In this document: positions 48,025-58,255 of the stretch, piece by piece
Numbering within the stretch: position 1 is the stretch's first letter
How the letters are laid out: each line of letters begins with the position of its first letter
Source: Arcobacter sp.
Lineage (GTDB): Bacteria > Acidobacteriota > Terriglobia > Bryobacterales > Bryobacteraceae
Direction: 5' to 3'
DNA length: 64,000 nt
NCBI GenBank assembly: GCA_020723085.1
Contig: DYJN01000016.1
Location: forward strand, 5,700 to 69,699
Translations under genes and position numbers: made by a program
The notes under the pieces: generated by a model
What the model saw: the letters and a program-made list of their open reading frames with translations, nothing else
The model's database searches: none
What the model was told of the DNA's origin: nothing

Positions 48025-49740
48025 TCAGTCTGCCGCTTCGACTTCGATCCGGCGGTGCGCCGGCTCCAGGGCGACGATCCGGAAACGCCGCAATTGCCCC
48101 GTGCGCAATGTCTTGCGGTCGCTCCCCGCGCCGCCGCCCCCCTTCCACTTCGCCGCCAGCAGCGCCGCCAGCCCGTCCACGTCCGCCGCCGCCGCGCGCG
48201 CTTTTTCGCCCTCGGCGGCGGCTTCCTTCAGCCGGCAGCGGGCATGCACGCCCTCGCTGATCTCGACCTTCGCGTGGGTCGCATGCGTCTCCACGACGCG
48301 CCCGCTCACCAGATCGCCCACCTGATGCTCGGAGATGAAAATGTCTGCCGAGGTCGGCTCCAGCGCCTTCATGCTCAGCCGGATCCGCCGCTTCTCGGCG
48401 TCCACCTCCACTACCTGCGCCTTCACCACCTGCCCTGCCGAAAGCACGTCCTTCGGATGCTGCACGCGCTTCTCCCGCGTAATGTCGCCCACGTGGATCA
48501 TGCCTTCAATGCCGTCGCCCAGATCCACAAACGCGCCGAACTGCGCCATGTTCACCACCGCGCCTTCCACCACCGTGCCCGGCGCGAAACGCGTCGCCGC
48601 CGTGTCCCATGGATTGCCCAGCGCCTGCTTCAGCCCCAGCGAGATCCGCCGCTCGGCGGGCTTCACCTCCAGCACCACCGCCTCCACGACGTCGCCCGCC
48701 TGCACCACGTCCTCGGGCTTCCGCACCCGCTTCGACCACGACATCTCGAACAAATGGATCAGCCCGTCCACGCCCGGCGCGATCTCCACAAACGCCCCGA
48801 ACTCCGCCAGTCGCACCACTTTGCCCCGCACCCGGTCCCCCGGCTTCAGCGACGATGCCGCCTCCGTCCACGGGTCCGGCGTCAGTTGCTTCATCCCCAG
48901 CGAAATCTTCCGGTTGTTGCGGTTGATCTTCAGGATCTTCGCTTCCACCACCTGCCCGGGGCTTACCACGCTCGAAGGCTTGTCCACACGGGTCCAGCTC
49001 ATGTCGGTCACGTGCAGCAGCCCGTCGATGCCCGGCGCGATCTCCACGAACGCCCCGAAATCGGTCACTGTCCGCACGCGCCCCTGCACCACCATCCCTT
49101 CCTGAAGCCGCTCGAAGGCAGCCTGTTTCGCCGCCGCCGCCTGTTCTTCCAGGACTCCGCGCCGGTCCACCACGATGTCGGGACGCCCCGGGTTCTCCAG
49201 ATCCAGCTTCGTGATCCGGCACTCGATCTGCTGCCCCACCAGCGCCGGCAGCTCCGCCATCTCCCGGATGCCGCTCCGCGATGCCGGCAGAAAGGCGTGA
49301 ACCCCGTCGGCCACCTGCACGCGCAGCCCGCCCTTCACCGGCTCGGTCACCACTCCGAGAATCACGTGCTTGCCTTCAAAGGCCGCCTGCAGGCCCGTAT
49401 AGTCCCGCGGCTGCTCCACGCGGATCGTCGAAAGCAGGTAGTAGCCCTCTTCCGTGCGGCCGCTGATGTTCACCATCACTGTCGCGCCCGGCGCCAGATC
49501 CGCCGGCAGCCCCGGCGTATCGCGCCGCAGAATGCCTTCCGTCTTCCGTCCGACGTCCACGACGATCGATTCCTCATTGATGGATACGACCGTGCCCTCC
49601 AGGGCGGCGCCCTCGTCTCCGTTGCTCTGCTCCGCTTCGAACGCGGCCAGCATCTCGCCGAACGACCCCTCCTGTGGCGGAGCGGGCGCTTCAGTCAGCG
49701 GAGATACGTCGGTCAGGTTGGGGGAATCTGCTGGATTCAT
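48025..49740 (-). CDS. rpsA: 30S ribosomal protein S1
   Basis: 571 aa from MNPADSPNL.... It has six repeats of the S1 OB-fold pattern (G..V.G.V......GAFV......GL.H.S...). Confidence 0.92.
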   Translation of the reverse strand: MNPADSPNLTDVSPLTEAPAPPQEGSFGEMLAAFEAEQSNGDEGAALEGTVVSINEESIVVDVGRKTEGILRRDTPGLPADLAPGATVMVNISGRTEEGYYLLSTIRVEQPRDYTGLQAAFEGKHVILGVVTEPVKGGLRVQVADGVHAFLPASRSGIREMAELPALVGQQIECRITKLDLENPGRPDIVVDRRGVLEEQAAAAKQAAFERLQEGMVVQGRVRTVTDFGAFVEIAPGIDGLLHVTDMSWTRVDKPSSVVSPGQVVEAKILKINRNNRKISLGMKQLTPDPWTEAASSLKPGDRVRGKVVRLAEFGAFVEIAPGVDGLIHLFEMSWSKRVRKPEDVVQAGDVVEAVVLEVKPAERRISLGLKQALGNPWDTAATRFAPGTVVEGAVVNMAQFGAFVDLGDGIEGMIHVGDITREKRVQHPKDVLSAGQVVKAQVVEVDAEKRRIRLSMKALEPTSADIFISEHQVGDLVSGRVVETHATHAKVEISEGVHARCRLKEAAAEGEKARAAAADVDGLAALLAAKWKGGGGAGSDRKTLRTGQLRRFRIVALEPAHRRIEVEAAD

Positions 49741-49828
49741 GGACAAACTCGCGAGACCTCTCATATTCTGACACAATCCTGCCCGCGCAAGGGCGGATCG
49801 CGCCCCCGCTCTGCGCTAAGATGACGGC

Positions 49829-51079
49829 TTGCAGGCCAACCACAGCGCGCCGTGGAAGCGGTTCCTGCCTCGCGCGCAGGACGCCGTCTGGCTCCTGCTG
49901 TTCTCTGCTCTCGCCTGGGTCAGTCCCACCCGCGGCCCCGCGGAAATCGAGGTTCTCTCCGCCCTCGCCGTCCTGCAGGTGGCCGCGCCCCGCGTCCGCG
50001 CCTTCCAATCGCCCCGCGGCAATCTCGCCCTCATCTCTCTCAAGCTCCTCCTCGGCTTCCTCCTCATCGGCGTCACCGGCGGCATCGCCTCCAGCTATTA
50101 CCTGATCCTGCTTCTGCCCGTGCTGTCAGCCGCCACCACTCTCGGCCCTCTCGGCACGGCTGTCTTCACAGCCCTCGCCTGCCTCGCCTACCTCGCCTTC
50201 ATTCCCGTCGCTTACAACCTCGGCTATATCCTCGAAGGCCTCTACCTCCGCGATCTCACCCTCCGCGTGCTCTTCTTGCCCGTCGTCGCCTACCTCACCT
50301 ACTCTCTGGCCGAAGCCAACCGCCGCGCCGCCCGCCGCGCCGAAGCCTCCGCCGCCGAACTCGCCGAGGTCAACCGCCGCCTGCTCGAGGCGGAAGCCAG
50401 CGCCCGCCGCAGCGAACGCCTCGCCGCCCTCGGCCAGCTCACCGCCGGGCTCGCCCACGAACTCCGCAATCCTCTGGGCACCATGAAAGCCAGCGCCGAA
50501 ATGCTGCTGGACCGCACGCCCCCGGACAACCCCGTCGTGCGCGAACTCGCCGGGTACATCTCCGCCGAGGTCGACCGCACCAACTCCCTCATCACCCGCT
50601 TCCTCGAGTTCGCCCGCCCTTCGAAGCTCGACAAGAGCCCCGCCGACATTCACGCCGTCCTCGATACCGCCATCGATCACCTCGACCGCGAGTCCCCCGG
50701 CTCAGCCGCCCGCATCCACCGCAACTACGACCCCGCCCTCCCCCTCATCGAAGCCGACTTTGAGCTGATCGAGCGCGTCTTCTTCAATCTGCTCCGCAAC
50801 GCGCTGGAGGCGTCCCCGCCCGGAGCGCTGGTCACCGTGAAAACCCGCCGCTCGCCCCACGGCGTCGAAATCGCCGTCGTCGACCGTGGTCCCGGCGTCC
50901 CTCCCGAACACCGCGAGCAGATCTTCAACCCCTTCTTCACCACCAAGCCGGGCGGCGTCGGCCTCGGGCTCGCCGTCTCCGCCAAAATCGTCGGCGACCA
51001 CGGCGGCGTCATTTCCGTCGACTCCGAACCCGATGCCGGAGCCATCTTCCTCGTGTCGCTCCCCGCCCCTCCCAGGTGA
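49829..51079 (+). CDS. Membrane sensor histidine kinase (HisKA + HATPase_c)
   Basis: 416 aa. The N-terminal ~150 aa are polytopic. The H-box is LAHELRNPLG, the N-box is LLRNALEA, G1 is DRGPGVP and G2 is GGVGLGLAV. The only in-frame start is TTG 49829. Confidence 0.82.
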   Translation: MQANHSAPWKRFLPRAQDAVWLLLFSALAWVSPTRGPAEIEVLSALAVLQVAAPRVRAFQSPRGNLALISLKLLLGFLLIGVTGGIASSYYLILLLPVLSAATTLGPLGTAVFTALACLAYLAFIPVAYNLGYILEGLYLRDLTLRVLFLPVVAYLTYSLAEANRRAARRAEASAAELAEVNRRLLEAEASARRSERLAALGQLTAGLAHELRNPLGTMKASAEMLLDRTPPDNPVVRELAGYISAEVDRTNSLITRFLEFARPSKLDKSPADIHAVLDTAIDHLDRESPGSAARIHRNYDPALPLIEADFELIERVFFNLLRNALEASPPGALVTVKTRRSPHGVEIAVVDRGPGVPPEHREQIFNPFFTTKPGGVGLGLAVSAKIVGDHGGVISVDSEPDAGAIFLVSLPAPPR

Positions 51080-51268
51080 CGCCCCGCCACGTTCATCTCT
51101 GTAACATTCGTCCCTGAATGCGGTTTCTTGTCCACGGCAGCCGAATTTCACCGAACAAAACCGCGCTTGGATCGTCCATGGTAGATGAAACATGCCGGAC
51201 GCGAGGGTGAATCAGGCGTCCGGCCCATCCACTTCTGGAACTGTATCGAGCGGAGGTAGCGCAGCCGT

Positions 51269-51583
51269 ATGAGTCCAGCCCGAGCCGCGTATCCAGTTTT
51301 CTCCGGCTTTTCCCAGGTATCAGCCACGCACCACAATCGCTTCCTTGACGGGATCCGCCTCACGCGAAAAGAGAAGGCGCTCCTCGAGATGCTCATGGAC
51401 AACCCGGGCCGTTGCATCAGCCGCCAGACGCTGCTGAAATCGGTCTGGAACTATGCCGAAGACGCCCGTACACGCACCGTTGACGTCCACATCCAACGGC
51501 TCCGCCGCAAGCTCGGCCCCAATGCCGACGCCCTGAAAACCATCGTCCGCATCGGATATTGCTGGCTCCCCGAATCCGCCTGA
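51269..51583 (+). CDS. Stand-alone OmpR/PhoB-type winged-helix (Trans_reg_C) fragment; possible gene remnant
   Basis: 104 aa. IRLTRKEKALLEMLMDNPGRCISRQTLLKSVWNY...RTVDVHIQRLRRKLGP...IVRIGYCW matches the OmpR C-terminal domain. The receiver domain and the first beta-strands are missing. An in-frame TAG lies 12 nt upstream of the ATG. Confidence 0.5.
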   Translation: MSPARAAYPVFSGFSQVSATHHNRFLDGIRLTRKEKALLEMLMDNPGRCISRQTLLKSVWNYAEDARTRTVDVHIQRLRRKLGPNADALKTIVRIGYCWLPESA

Positions 51584-51648
51584 CCGCCCCTCCGCCCTGA
51601 AACCGCCGCCTCCCGCAGCCGCGTCCCACATTCGGAAGCGGCTTGTCC

Positions 51649-53046
51649 ATGGCACGCGGCAACGGCAATATCATGAAGGCGGGAATGCAGCCCCGCGTGC
51701 TCATCGTCGAGGACGAAGAAAAGCTCCGCCGCGTCCTGTCGCTTCACCTCGAATCCCGGGGCTTCGAAGCCGTTCCTGTCTCCACAGCCGAAGAGGCGCT
51801 CCGCCTCGCCCCTCAGGCGCAGCTCGTGCTTACCGATCTCCGCCTGCCCGGCATGGACGGGCTCGAGCTGCTCGACTCCCTCCAGCGCCTCAACGCGCGC
51901 CTGCCCGTCGTCGTGATGACCGCCTTCTCTTCCGTCGAAACCGCCGTCGAGGCGATGAAAAAAGGCGCGGCGGATTTCCTCCCCAAGCCCTTCTCTCTCG
52001 ATCACCTCGACGCCGTCGTCGCCAAGGCGCTTGAAGTCCAGCAGCTCCGCGAAGAGAATACCCGCCTGCGGGAAGAGCTCGGCCGCCGCTACCGCATCGA
52101 CAACATCATCGGCACCGGGCCCAAGATGCAAGAGATCCTTGCCGCCGTCATGCGCGCCGCCCCCACCCGCGCCACCGTCCTGCTCTGCGGCGAAAGCGGC
52201 GTCGGCAAAGACCTCATCGCCCGCGCCATCCACTTCCATTCCCCCCGCGCCTCCCAGCCCTTCGTCAAGATCAACTGCACCACTATCCCGGAGAACCTCA
52301 TGGAAAGCGAGCTCTTCGGCTATGAGAAGGGCGCTTTCACCGGCGCCGTCGCCTCCCGCCCCGGCAAGTTCGAGCAGGCGGACAAGGGCACCGTTTTCCT
52401 CGATGAAATCGGCGACGTGCCGCCTTCCATCCAGGTCAAGCTCCTGCGCGTGCTTCAGGACCGCGAGTTCGAGCGCCTCGGCAGCAACCGCACCCGCCAG
52501 ATCGACGTCCGCGTCATCGCCGCCACCAACGCCGACCTCCGCCGCGCCCTCGAAGAAGGCAACTTCCGCGAAGACCTCTACTACCGCCTCAACGTCTTCC
52601 CCATCACCATCCCGCCCCTCCGCGAACGCCGCGAAGACATCCCGCTGCTCGCCGAGCGCTTCCTCCGCCGCTTCGCCGCCGAAACCGGCGCCCGCGTCAC
52701 GGAGATATCGCCAGAGGCCTTGCGCGTGCTCGTCGAGTACCATTGGCCCGGCAATGTCCGCGAGCTCGAAAACGTCATCGAACGCAGCCTCCTCTACGCC
52801 GACGGCGCGGTCCTCGGTCCCGAACACATCCGCCTCGATTACGCCCCGCGCCGCAACGCCAACGGCCAGACGCCTGCCTCAAGCGGCGGCTTCCTGCCCG
52901 AAGGCATGACGCTCGAGCAGTACGAACAGCAGTTGATCCGTGAAGCCCTCCGCCGCGCCGGCGGCAACAAGAGCCAGGCCGCACGCCTCCTCGGCCTCAC
53001 CCGCAACGCCCTCCGCTACCGCCTCTCCCAAATGGGCATCGACTGA
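51649..53046 (+). CDS. Sigma-54-dependent response regulator (NtrC family enhancer-binding protein)
   Basis: The receiver domain reads RVLIVEDEE...[13 protein letters not shown]. The AAA+ domain carries GESGVGKD and the GAFTGA loop. The C-terminal HTH is [17 protein letters not shown]. Start is ambiguous among ATG 51649, 51673 and 51685. Confidence 0.9.
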   Translation: MARGNGNIMKAGMQPRVLIVEDEEKLRRVLSLHLESRGFEAVPVSTAEEALRLAPQAQLVLTDLRLPGMDGLELLDSLQRLNARLPVVVMTAFSSVETAVEAMKKGAADFLPKPFSLDHLDAVVAKALEVQQLREENTRLREELGRRYRIDNIIGTGPKMQEILAAVMRAAPTRATVLLCGESGVGKDLIARAIHFHSPRASQPFVKINCTTIPENLMESELFGYEKGAFTGAVASRPGKFEQADKGTVFLDEIGDVPPSIQVKLLRVLQDREFERLGSNRTRQIDVRVIAATNADLRRALEEGNFREDLYYRLNVFPITIPPLRERREDIPLLAERFLRRFAAETGARVTEISPEALRVLVEYHWPGNVRELENVIERSLLYADGAVLGPEHIRLDYAPRRNANGQTPASSGGFLPEGMTLEQYEQQLIREALRRAGGNKSQAARLLGLTRNALRYRLSQMGID

Positions 53047-53125
53047 CACGGCCCCGCCGGCCGGCCCCGCCCGTACTGCCGCGCCGCAGTCGAAGCCGGC
53101 TCTTGGCCACGCCGCGCAGCCTCCC

Positions 53126-54373
53126 TTACCAGCCCTCCCCCGCCACAATCCTCCCCAGCCTCCGCGCCGCCTCCGCAAAAGGGCGCTCGGCCGCAAACCG
53201 CCGCGCCGCCTCCTTCATCGCCTTGCGCCGCTCCTCATCGGCCAGCACCTGTTCCACCGCCTGCCACAGGCCGCGCCTCCCCTGATTCCGCTCCACCAGC
53301 ACCCCGAACTCCGGCCGCACGATCTCCCGCGTCCCGTCGCTCTCCATGGCCACCGCCGGCAGCCCCGCCCCTAGCGCCTCCATCAGCGTCAGCCCGTAGC
53401 TCTCATGCCGCGACGCGAACACATACACATCCGCCATCCGCAGAAACGCCTGCTTCCGCTCTCCCGTCACATGGCCGGGAAATTCCACGCGGATGCGGCG
53501 GAGCCGCGAGGCGAGCCGCCGGAGCCTCGCCATGTGCGCACGGCCCTGCATGTATGCAGGCGCCCCGCACACAAACAGCCGCGCCGGAGGCGCGCGTCCC
53601 TCGCGCTCCCATTCCAGCAGCGATTCCAGCAAGAAATCCTGCCCCTTTTCCGGCGAAATGCGGCTTAACGCCAGCAGCACCCGCTCCCCCGGCGCGACGC
53701 CGAACTCCCGCCGCAACTGCTCCGCATCGCCTCCCTCCTCCGCCGGCGGCGCCCCCCACGGCAGCACATGGATTCTCTCCTCGCGCGCCTCCGGCCAGCA
53801 CTCGAGCAGCGTCCGCTTCATCCCCGCCGACGGAACCACGATCGCCCGGGAATGCCGCACGCTCTCCGCCTGACGCTGGAAAATCAGCCTCAGGATCAGC
53901 GGCGCCGCCTGCGCCGCCCGCGCTCTCTCCAGCCCGCGCCACAGCGAGACGAGCGTACGCGGCGTCAAAATCCCGCGCAGGTAAATCCGCGCGATATAGG
54001 CGGCCACGTCCACGTGATAAATCGTCACGATCCGGAAACCCGCCCGCCCGAGAGCCGCAAAATCCGGCGCTTCGCTGATGTCGTTGACGAGCACGGCGGT
54101 CGTCCGCGGATCGTGTTCCAGAATCCGCCGCGTCGCCTCCGCGCTGAAGTCGCGGCAAAAAGCCGCATACCGCCTCTCATCGAATTCCGCCAGCTCGAAA
54201 CCTGTCGGCGCGCCCGCCCCCAGCACCGCCGGCGTCAGCATCTCCAGCTCGAAGGGTCTCGACCGCCGCCACTCCTGCTCGAGCAGCCCCGCCACCGCCG
54301 CCCCTCCGCCCAGCGGTGCGTCCACCGGAAAGCCCGCGTGCGCCGCGCAGTAAACGACGCGCTCCGCCTTCAC
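53126..54373 (-). CDS. Glycosyltransferase family 1/4
   Basis: 415 aa from GTG 54373 (VKAERVVYCAAHAGFPV...). The C-terminal segments VYVFASRHESYGLTLMEALGAGLPAVA and EKGQDFLLESL are GT-B features. The GTG overlaps the upstream TGA (GTGA at 54370-54373). Confidence 0.8.
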   Translation of the reverse strand: MKAERVVYCAAHAGFPVDAPLGGGAAVAGLLEQEWRRSRPFELEMLTPAVLGAGAPTGFELAEFDERRYAAFCRDFSAEATRRILEHDPRTTAVLVNDISEAPDFAALGRAGFRIVTIYHVDVAAYIARIYLRGILTPRTLVSLWRGLERARAAQAAPLILRLIFQRQAESVRHSRAIVVPSAGMKRTLLECWPEAREERIHVLPWGAPPAEEGGDAEQLRREFGVAPGERVLLALSRISPEKGQDFLLESLLEWEREGRAPPARLFVCGAPAYMQGRAHMARLRRLASRLRRIRVEFPGHVTGERKQAFLRMADVYVFASRHESYGLTLMEALGAGLPAVAMESDGTREIVRPEFGVLVERNQGRRGLWQAVEQVLADEERRKAMKEAARRFAAERPFAEAARRLGRIVAGEGW

Positions 54374-54888
54374 TGCCGCCCGGTCCTCAGCGCCTCGTCC
54401 TGCATCTGCAGCACCAGCACGTACCACGTCAGCAGCAGCAGCAGCGCCAGCTCCGGCGTCTCCGCCAGCCGCACCTCCACCGCCGCGCCCGCGCTGAAAT
54501 CGCCCTTCAGATGCACCCGGAACACCTCCCGCCGCTCGTTGTCCATCAGAATCGCGCTCCGCGACCACACCCCCGCCAGCCGGAATTCGAACGTCTCGCC
54601 CGAAGACAGCCGCACCTGCCCCTGGCTCGCGCTGAAATTCGGGTGGTACATCGCGCAGTCCGCCTCCTCGCCTTCCCGCCGCGCCGTCACAATCGGCGAC
54701 AGGAAACCCGTGCGCTTCAGCGTCCATGTCCCAGCCGCCGCGCGTCCGCGCGCCAGCGTCCCGAACATCTTCAGAAACTCGAGCTCCGCCGCCTTCTCCC
54801 CGCCCGCGCGCAGCTCGTAATGGCGCTGCGCCACGGCGCTCTGCTTCCACTCGAGAGGTCCTGCAAGCCCGGTCCGAAACGGTGTCAT
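54370..54888 (-). CDS. Hypothetical protein (172 aa) with beta-rich body and C-terminal hydrophobic helix
   Basis: AGGAGG SD lies before ATG 54888. The C-terminus has the TM-like segment LALLLLLTWYVLVL. I recognise no family; a tubby/scramblase-like fold is only a guess. Confidence 0.55.
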   Translation of the reverse strand: MTPFRTGLAGPLEWKQSAVAQRHYELRAGGEKAAELEFLKMFGTLARGRAAAGTWTLKRTGFLSPIVTARREGEEADCAMYHPNFSASQGQVRLSSGETFEFRLAGVWSRSAILMDNERREVFRVHLKGDFSAGAAVEVRLAETPELALLLLLTWYVLVLQMQDEALRTGRQ

Positions 54889-54937
54889 GGCGCGCCTCCT
54901 TCCGCCCGGCTGCGCTCGCGCCGGGCGCTGCAACGCA

Positions 54938-55435
54938 TCATACTCCGCCCGGCTTCCGCTTCCGGCTCAGCCACGCGTTCGCCGCCAGCAGCGCCGCCCC
55001 GCACGTGATCGACGAGTCCGCCACGTTGAACGCCGGCCAGTGGTGCGTGCCCGCGTAGAAGTCCAGAAAATCCGTCACGCTGCCGAACGCCACGCGGTCG
55101 AACAGGTTGCCCGCCGCCCCTGCCAGGATCAGCGCCAGCGCCGCCGGCATCGTCCAGTGTTCCCGCAACGAACGGCTCGCCTGCCACAGCAGCGCCGCCA
55201 CCAGCAGCGTCAGCGCAGCCGTCACCGCCGTCAGCACCGCGCCTCCTCCGCCTGCGCCCTCTTCCGCGAACAGGCTGAACGCCACCCCCGTATTGCGCGT
55301 GTGCACGATCCGGAAAAATCCATTGATCACCGGGACCGCTTCCCACTCCGCCACGCGCGTCTCAACCAGATGTTTGGTGCCGCGGTCCAGCACGGCTACC
55401 GCCGCCGCCGCCAGCCACGGCCACCGCCGCGCCAC
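54938..55435 (-). CDS. lspA: Lipoprotein signal peptidase (signal peptidase II)
   Basis: 165 aa. The motifs DRGTKHLV, IVHTRNTGVAFS and WPAFNVADS are present. It lies 3 nt downstream of ileS, the classic ileS-lspA linkage. Confidence 0.9.
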   Translation of the reverse strand: MARRWPWLAAAAVAVLDRGTKHLVETRVAEWEAVPVINGFFRIVHTRNTGVAFSLFAEEGAGGGGAVLTAVTAALTLLVAALLWQASRSLREHWTMPAALALILAGAAGNLFDRVAFGSVTDFLDFYAGTHHWPAFNVADSSITCGAALLAANAWLSRKRKPGGV

Positions 55436-55438
55436 GGC

Positions 55439-58255
55439 CTACGCCCCCGTCATTTCCCGCACCGCTGCGGCGCACGCCGGGCAGATCGTCGGAAACGCCG
55501 CGTCCCTGCCGATCTCCGTCGAGTACTTCCAGCAGCGCTCGCACTTCTTCCCGTCGGCGCGCAGCACTTCAACCCGCAGCGAATCGCCCCGCCGCAGCTC
55601 CACCTGCGAGGTGATGAAGATCGGCGGCAGCTCGCTCCGGTAGCGCTCGAGCAGCGGCATCAGATCGCCATCGGCCTCCAGCACGATCTTCGCCTCCAGC
55701 GGCGCCCCGATCCGCTTTGCGTTGCGCGCCTCTTCCAGGCTCTTCAGCACCGATTCGCGCACTTGCATCAGCCGGTCCCAGTCCGCGCTCAGCCGCTCGT
55801 GCTCTTCCGGCAAGCCGGCGGTCAGCTCTTCCGGCTGCGGCGCCAGCGCCAGATGAACGCTGTCGGGATCATTCGGCAGCCGCCGCATGTGCCCCCACGC
55901 CTCTTCGCACGTGAACGCGAGCACCGGCGCCAGCAGCCGCGCCAGCGCGTGCTGAATGCGGTACAGCGCCGTCTGCGCGCTGCGCCGCGCCTTCGACTTC
56001 GGCGCGCCCGTGTACAGGCGGTCCTTCAGGATGTCGTAATACACCGCGCTGAGATCCGTGGTCGTGAAGTTGTACACCGCCTGATAAATCCGGTGGAAGG
56101 CCAGCTCTTCATACCACCGCCGGCATTGCTCCACCAGCGTGGAAGCGCGGTACAGGATCCAGCGGTCGATCTCATGCAGTTCGCCCGCCGGCAGCGCGTC
56201 CTTCACCGGATCGAAGTCGTGCAGGTTGCCGAGCGCATAGCGGAACGTGTTGCGGATCTTGCGGTACGCCTCCGTCAGCCGTGTCAGGATCAGCTCGCTC
56301 ACCCGCACGTCTTCCTGAAACGCCACCGAACTCACCCACAGCCGCAGCACGTCCGCGCCGTAGTTCTTGATGATGTCCTCGGGGGCGATGACATTGCCGA
56401 GCGACTTCGACATCGCCCGCCCCTCGCCGTCCAGCACCCAGCCGTTGGTGGCGCATTCGCGGTACGGCGAACGCCCGCGCAGCCCCACGCCTACCAGCAG
56501 CGACGAGTGGAACCAGCCCCGGTACTGATCCCCGCCCTCCAGGTACATGTCGCATGGCCATTCCATCCCGTTGCCTTCGTGCAGCACCGCCAGATGGCTC
56601 GCTCCGGAGTCGAACCACACGTCCAGAATGTCGTTCTCCTTGCGGAATTCCGTGCCGCCGCACGAGGCGCACTTCGCCTCCGGTCCCAGCAGCTCCGCCG
56701 CCGTGCGGTCGTACCACGCATCCGCCGTGTGCTGCTCGAACAGGTCCGCCACGCGGTCCAGGTACCTGCGCTCCGTGAACGGCTCGCCGCACCGCTCGCA
56801 ATAAAACACCACGATCGGCACGCCCCACACGCGCTGCCGCGAGATGCACCAGTCGGGGCGCGTCGCGATCATGTTCGCCATCCGCTCCTCGCCCCACTCA
56901 GGGTGCCACTTCACTTCGTGGATCGCTTCCAGCGCCTTCTGCCGCAATCCGTTCCGTTCCATCCCGATGAACCACTGTTCCGTGGCGCGGAAGATCGTCG
57001 GGTTGTGGCAGCGCCAGCAATGCGGATAGGAGTGTTCCAGCTTCTTCTCCGCCAGCAGCGCCCCCGCTTCGCGCAGAATCGAGTTCACCGCCGCATTGCC
57101 TTCCCATACGGTCTTTCCGATCAGCGCCTCCGGCAGCCGCCCCGGCGCCCCCGCCGCATGGAAGAACCGCCCGCCCGCATCCACCGGGCAGAACGTCGGC
57201 AGCCCGTATTTCTGCCCCGTCAGATAGTCTTCTGCGCCGTGCCCCGGCGCCGTGTGAACCGCCCCCGTGCCCTGCTCGAGCGTCACGTAATCGGCGAGCA
57301 CCCCCGGCGACTCGCGCTCCAGAAACGGATGCCGGAACCGCGCCCCTTCCAGCTTCGCTCCCGCAAAGCGCGCTGCTTCGCGCGCATCGCTCCACCCGCA
57401 GTTCCGCGCCGTCGCTTCCGCCAGCTCCGCCGCCACGATGTACACCGCGCCCCCCGCCTCCACCGCCGCATATTCGAACGACGGATGATACGCGATCGCC
57501 ACATTGGCGGGAATCGTCCACGGCGTCGTCGTCCAGATCAGACCGTAAACCGTGCGCCCCGCCAGCGCCGGATCGATCTCGCCCGGATCCGACACCAGCG
57601 GAAACCGCACCCAGATCGACGGGCTCGCGTGGTTCTCATACTCCACCTCCGCCTCCGCCAGCGCCGTCTTGCAGTGGATGCACCAGTGCACCGGCTTCAG
57701 CCCCTTGTACACCGATCCCTGCGCCAGAAACTCCACGAAGGCGCGCGCGATCGTCGCCTCGTACTCCGCGCTCATCGTCAGGTACGGCTCTTCCCAGCGC
57801 CCGAACACCCCCAGCCGCTGGAACGACCCGCTTTGCAGCTTCACGTATTTCTCGGCGTATCTGCGGCACTCGGCGCGGATCTCGGCCACGCTCATCTTCG
57901 CCTTCTTCGCCCCCAGTTGGCTGTCCACCTTGATCTCGATCGGCAGCCCGTGGCAGTCCCAGCCCGGCACATAGGGCGAATCGTAACCGGTCATCGTCTT
58001 CCACTTGACGATGAAATCCTTGAGGATCTTGTTGAACGCGTGCCCCAGGTGGATGTTGCCGTTGGCGTACGGCGGTCCGTCGTGCAGAACGTACATCGGC
58101 CGGCCGCGGCGCGCTTCGCGGATCTGCCGGTAAATGCCCTGGCTGCGCCAGCGCTCCAGCATCTTCGGCTCGTTCACCGCCAGGTTCGCCTTCATCCCGA
58201 ATCCGGTCGAAGGCAGATTGACGGTCTTTTTCAGATCAAGACTTCCAGTGTCCAT
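55439..58255 (-). CDS. ileS: Isoleucine--tRNA ligase
   Basis: 938 aa from MDTGSLDLKKTVNLP.... The HIGH motif is PPYANGNIHLGH and the KMSKS motif is AMSKSLGN. The C-terminus has a CERCW...CPAC zinc motif. The track ORF extension to 59341 is antisense to another gene. Confidence 0.95.
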   Translation of the reverse strand: MDTGSLDLKKTVNLPSTGFGMKANLAVNEPKMLERWRSQGIYRQIREARRGRPMYVLHDGPPYANGNIHLGHAFNKILKDFIVKWKTMTGYDSPYVPGWDCHGLPIEIKVDSQLGAKKAKMSVAEIRAECRRYAEKYVKLQSGSFQRLGVFGRWEEPYLTMSAEYEATIARAFVEFLAQGSVYKGLKPVHWCIHCKTALAEAEVEYENHASPSIWVRFPLVSDPGEIDPALAGRTVYGLIWTTTPWTIPANVAIAYHPSFEYAAVEAGGAVYIVAAELAEATARNCGWSDAREAARFAGAKLEGARFRHPFLERESPGVLADYVTLEQGTGAVHTAPGHGAEDYLTGQKYGLPTFCPVDAGGRFFHAAGAPGRLPEALIGKTVWEGNAAVNSILREAGALLAEKKLEHSYPHCWRCHNPTIFRATEQWFIGMERNGLRQKALEAIHEVKWHPEWGEERMANMIATRPDWCISRQRVWGVPIVVFYCERCGEPFTERRYLDRVADLFEQHTADAWYDRTAAELLGPEAKCASCGGTEFRKENDILDVWFDSGASHLAVLHEGNGMEWPCDMYLEGGDQYRGWFHSSLLVGVGLRGRSPYRECATNGWVLDGEGRAMSKSLGNVIAPEDIIKNYGADVLRLWVSSVAFQEDVRVSELILTRLTEAYRKIRNTFRYALGNLHDFDPVKDALPAGELHEIDRWILYRASTLVEQCRRWYEELAFHRIYQAVYNFTTTDLSAVYYDILKDRLYTGAPKSKARRSAQTALYRIQHALARLLAPVLAFTCEEAWGHMRRLPNDPDSVHLALAPQPEELTAGLPEEHERLSADWDRLMQVRESVLKSLEEARNAKRIGAPLEAKIVLEADGDLMPLLERYRSELPPIFITSQVELRRGDSLRVEVLRADGKKCERCWKYSTEIGRDAAFPTICPACAAAVREMTGA

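Noticed and set aside
51650-51666. TGGCACGCGGCAACGG resembling a sigma-54 -24 element
   Set aside because: There is no TTGC -12 element at the required spacing, and the sequence lies inside the 5' end of the NtrC-type gene.
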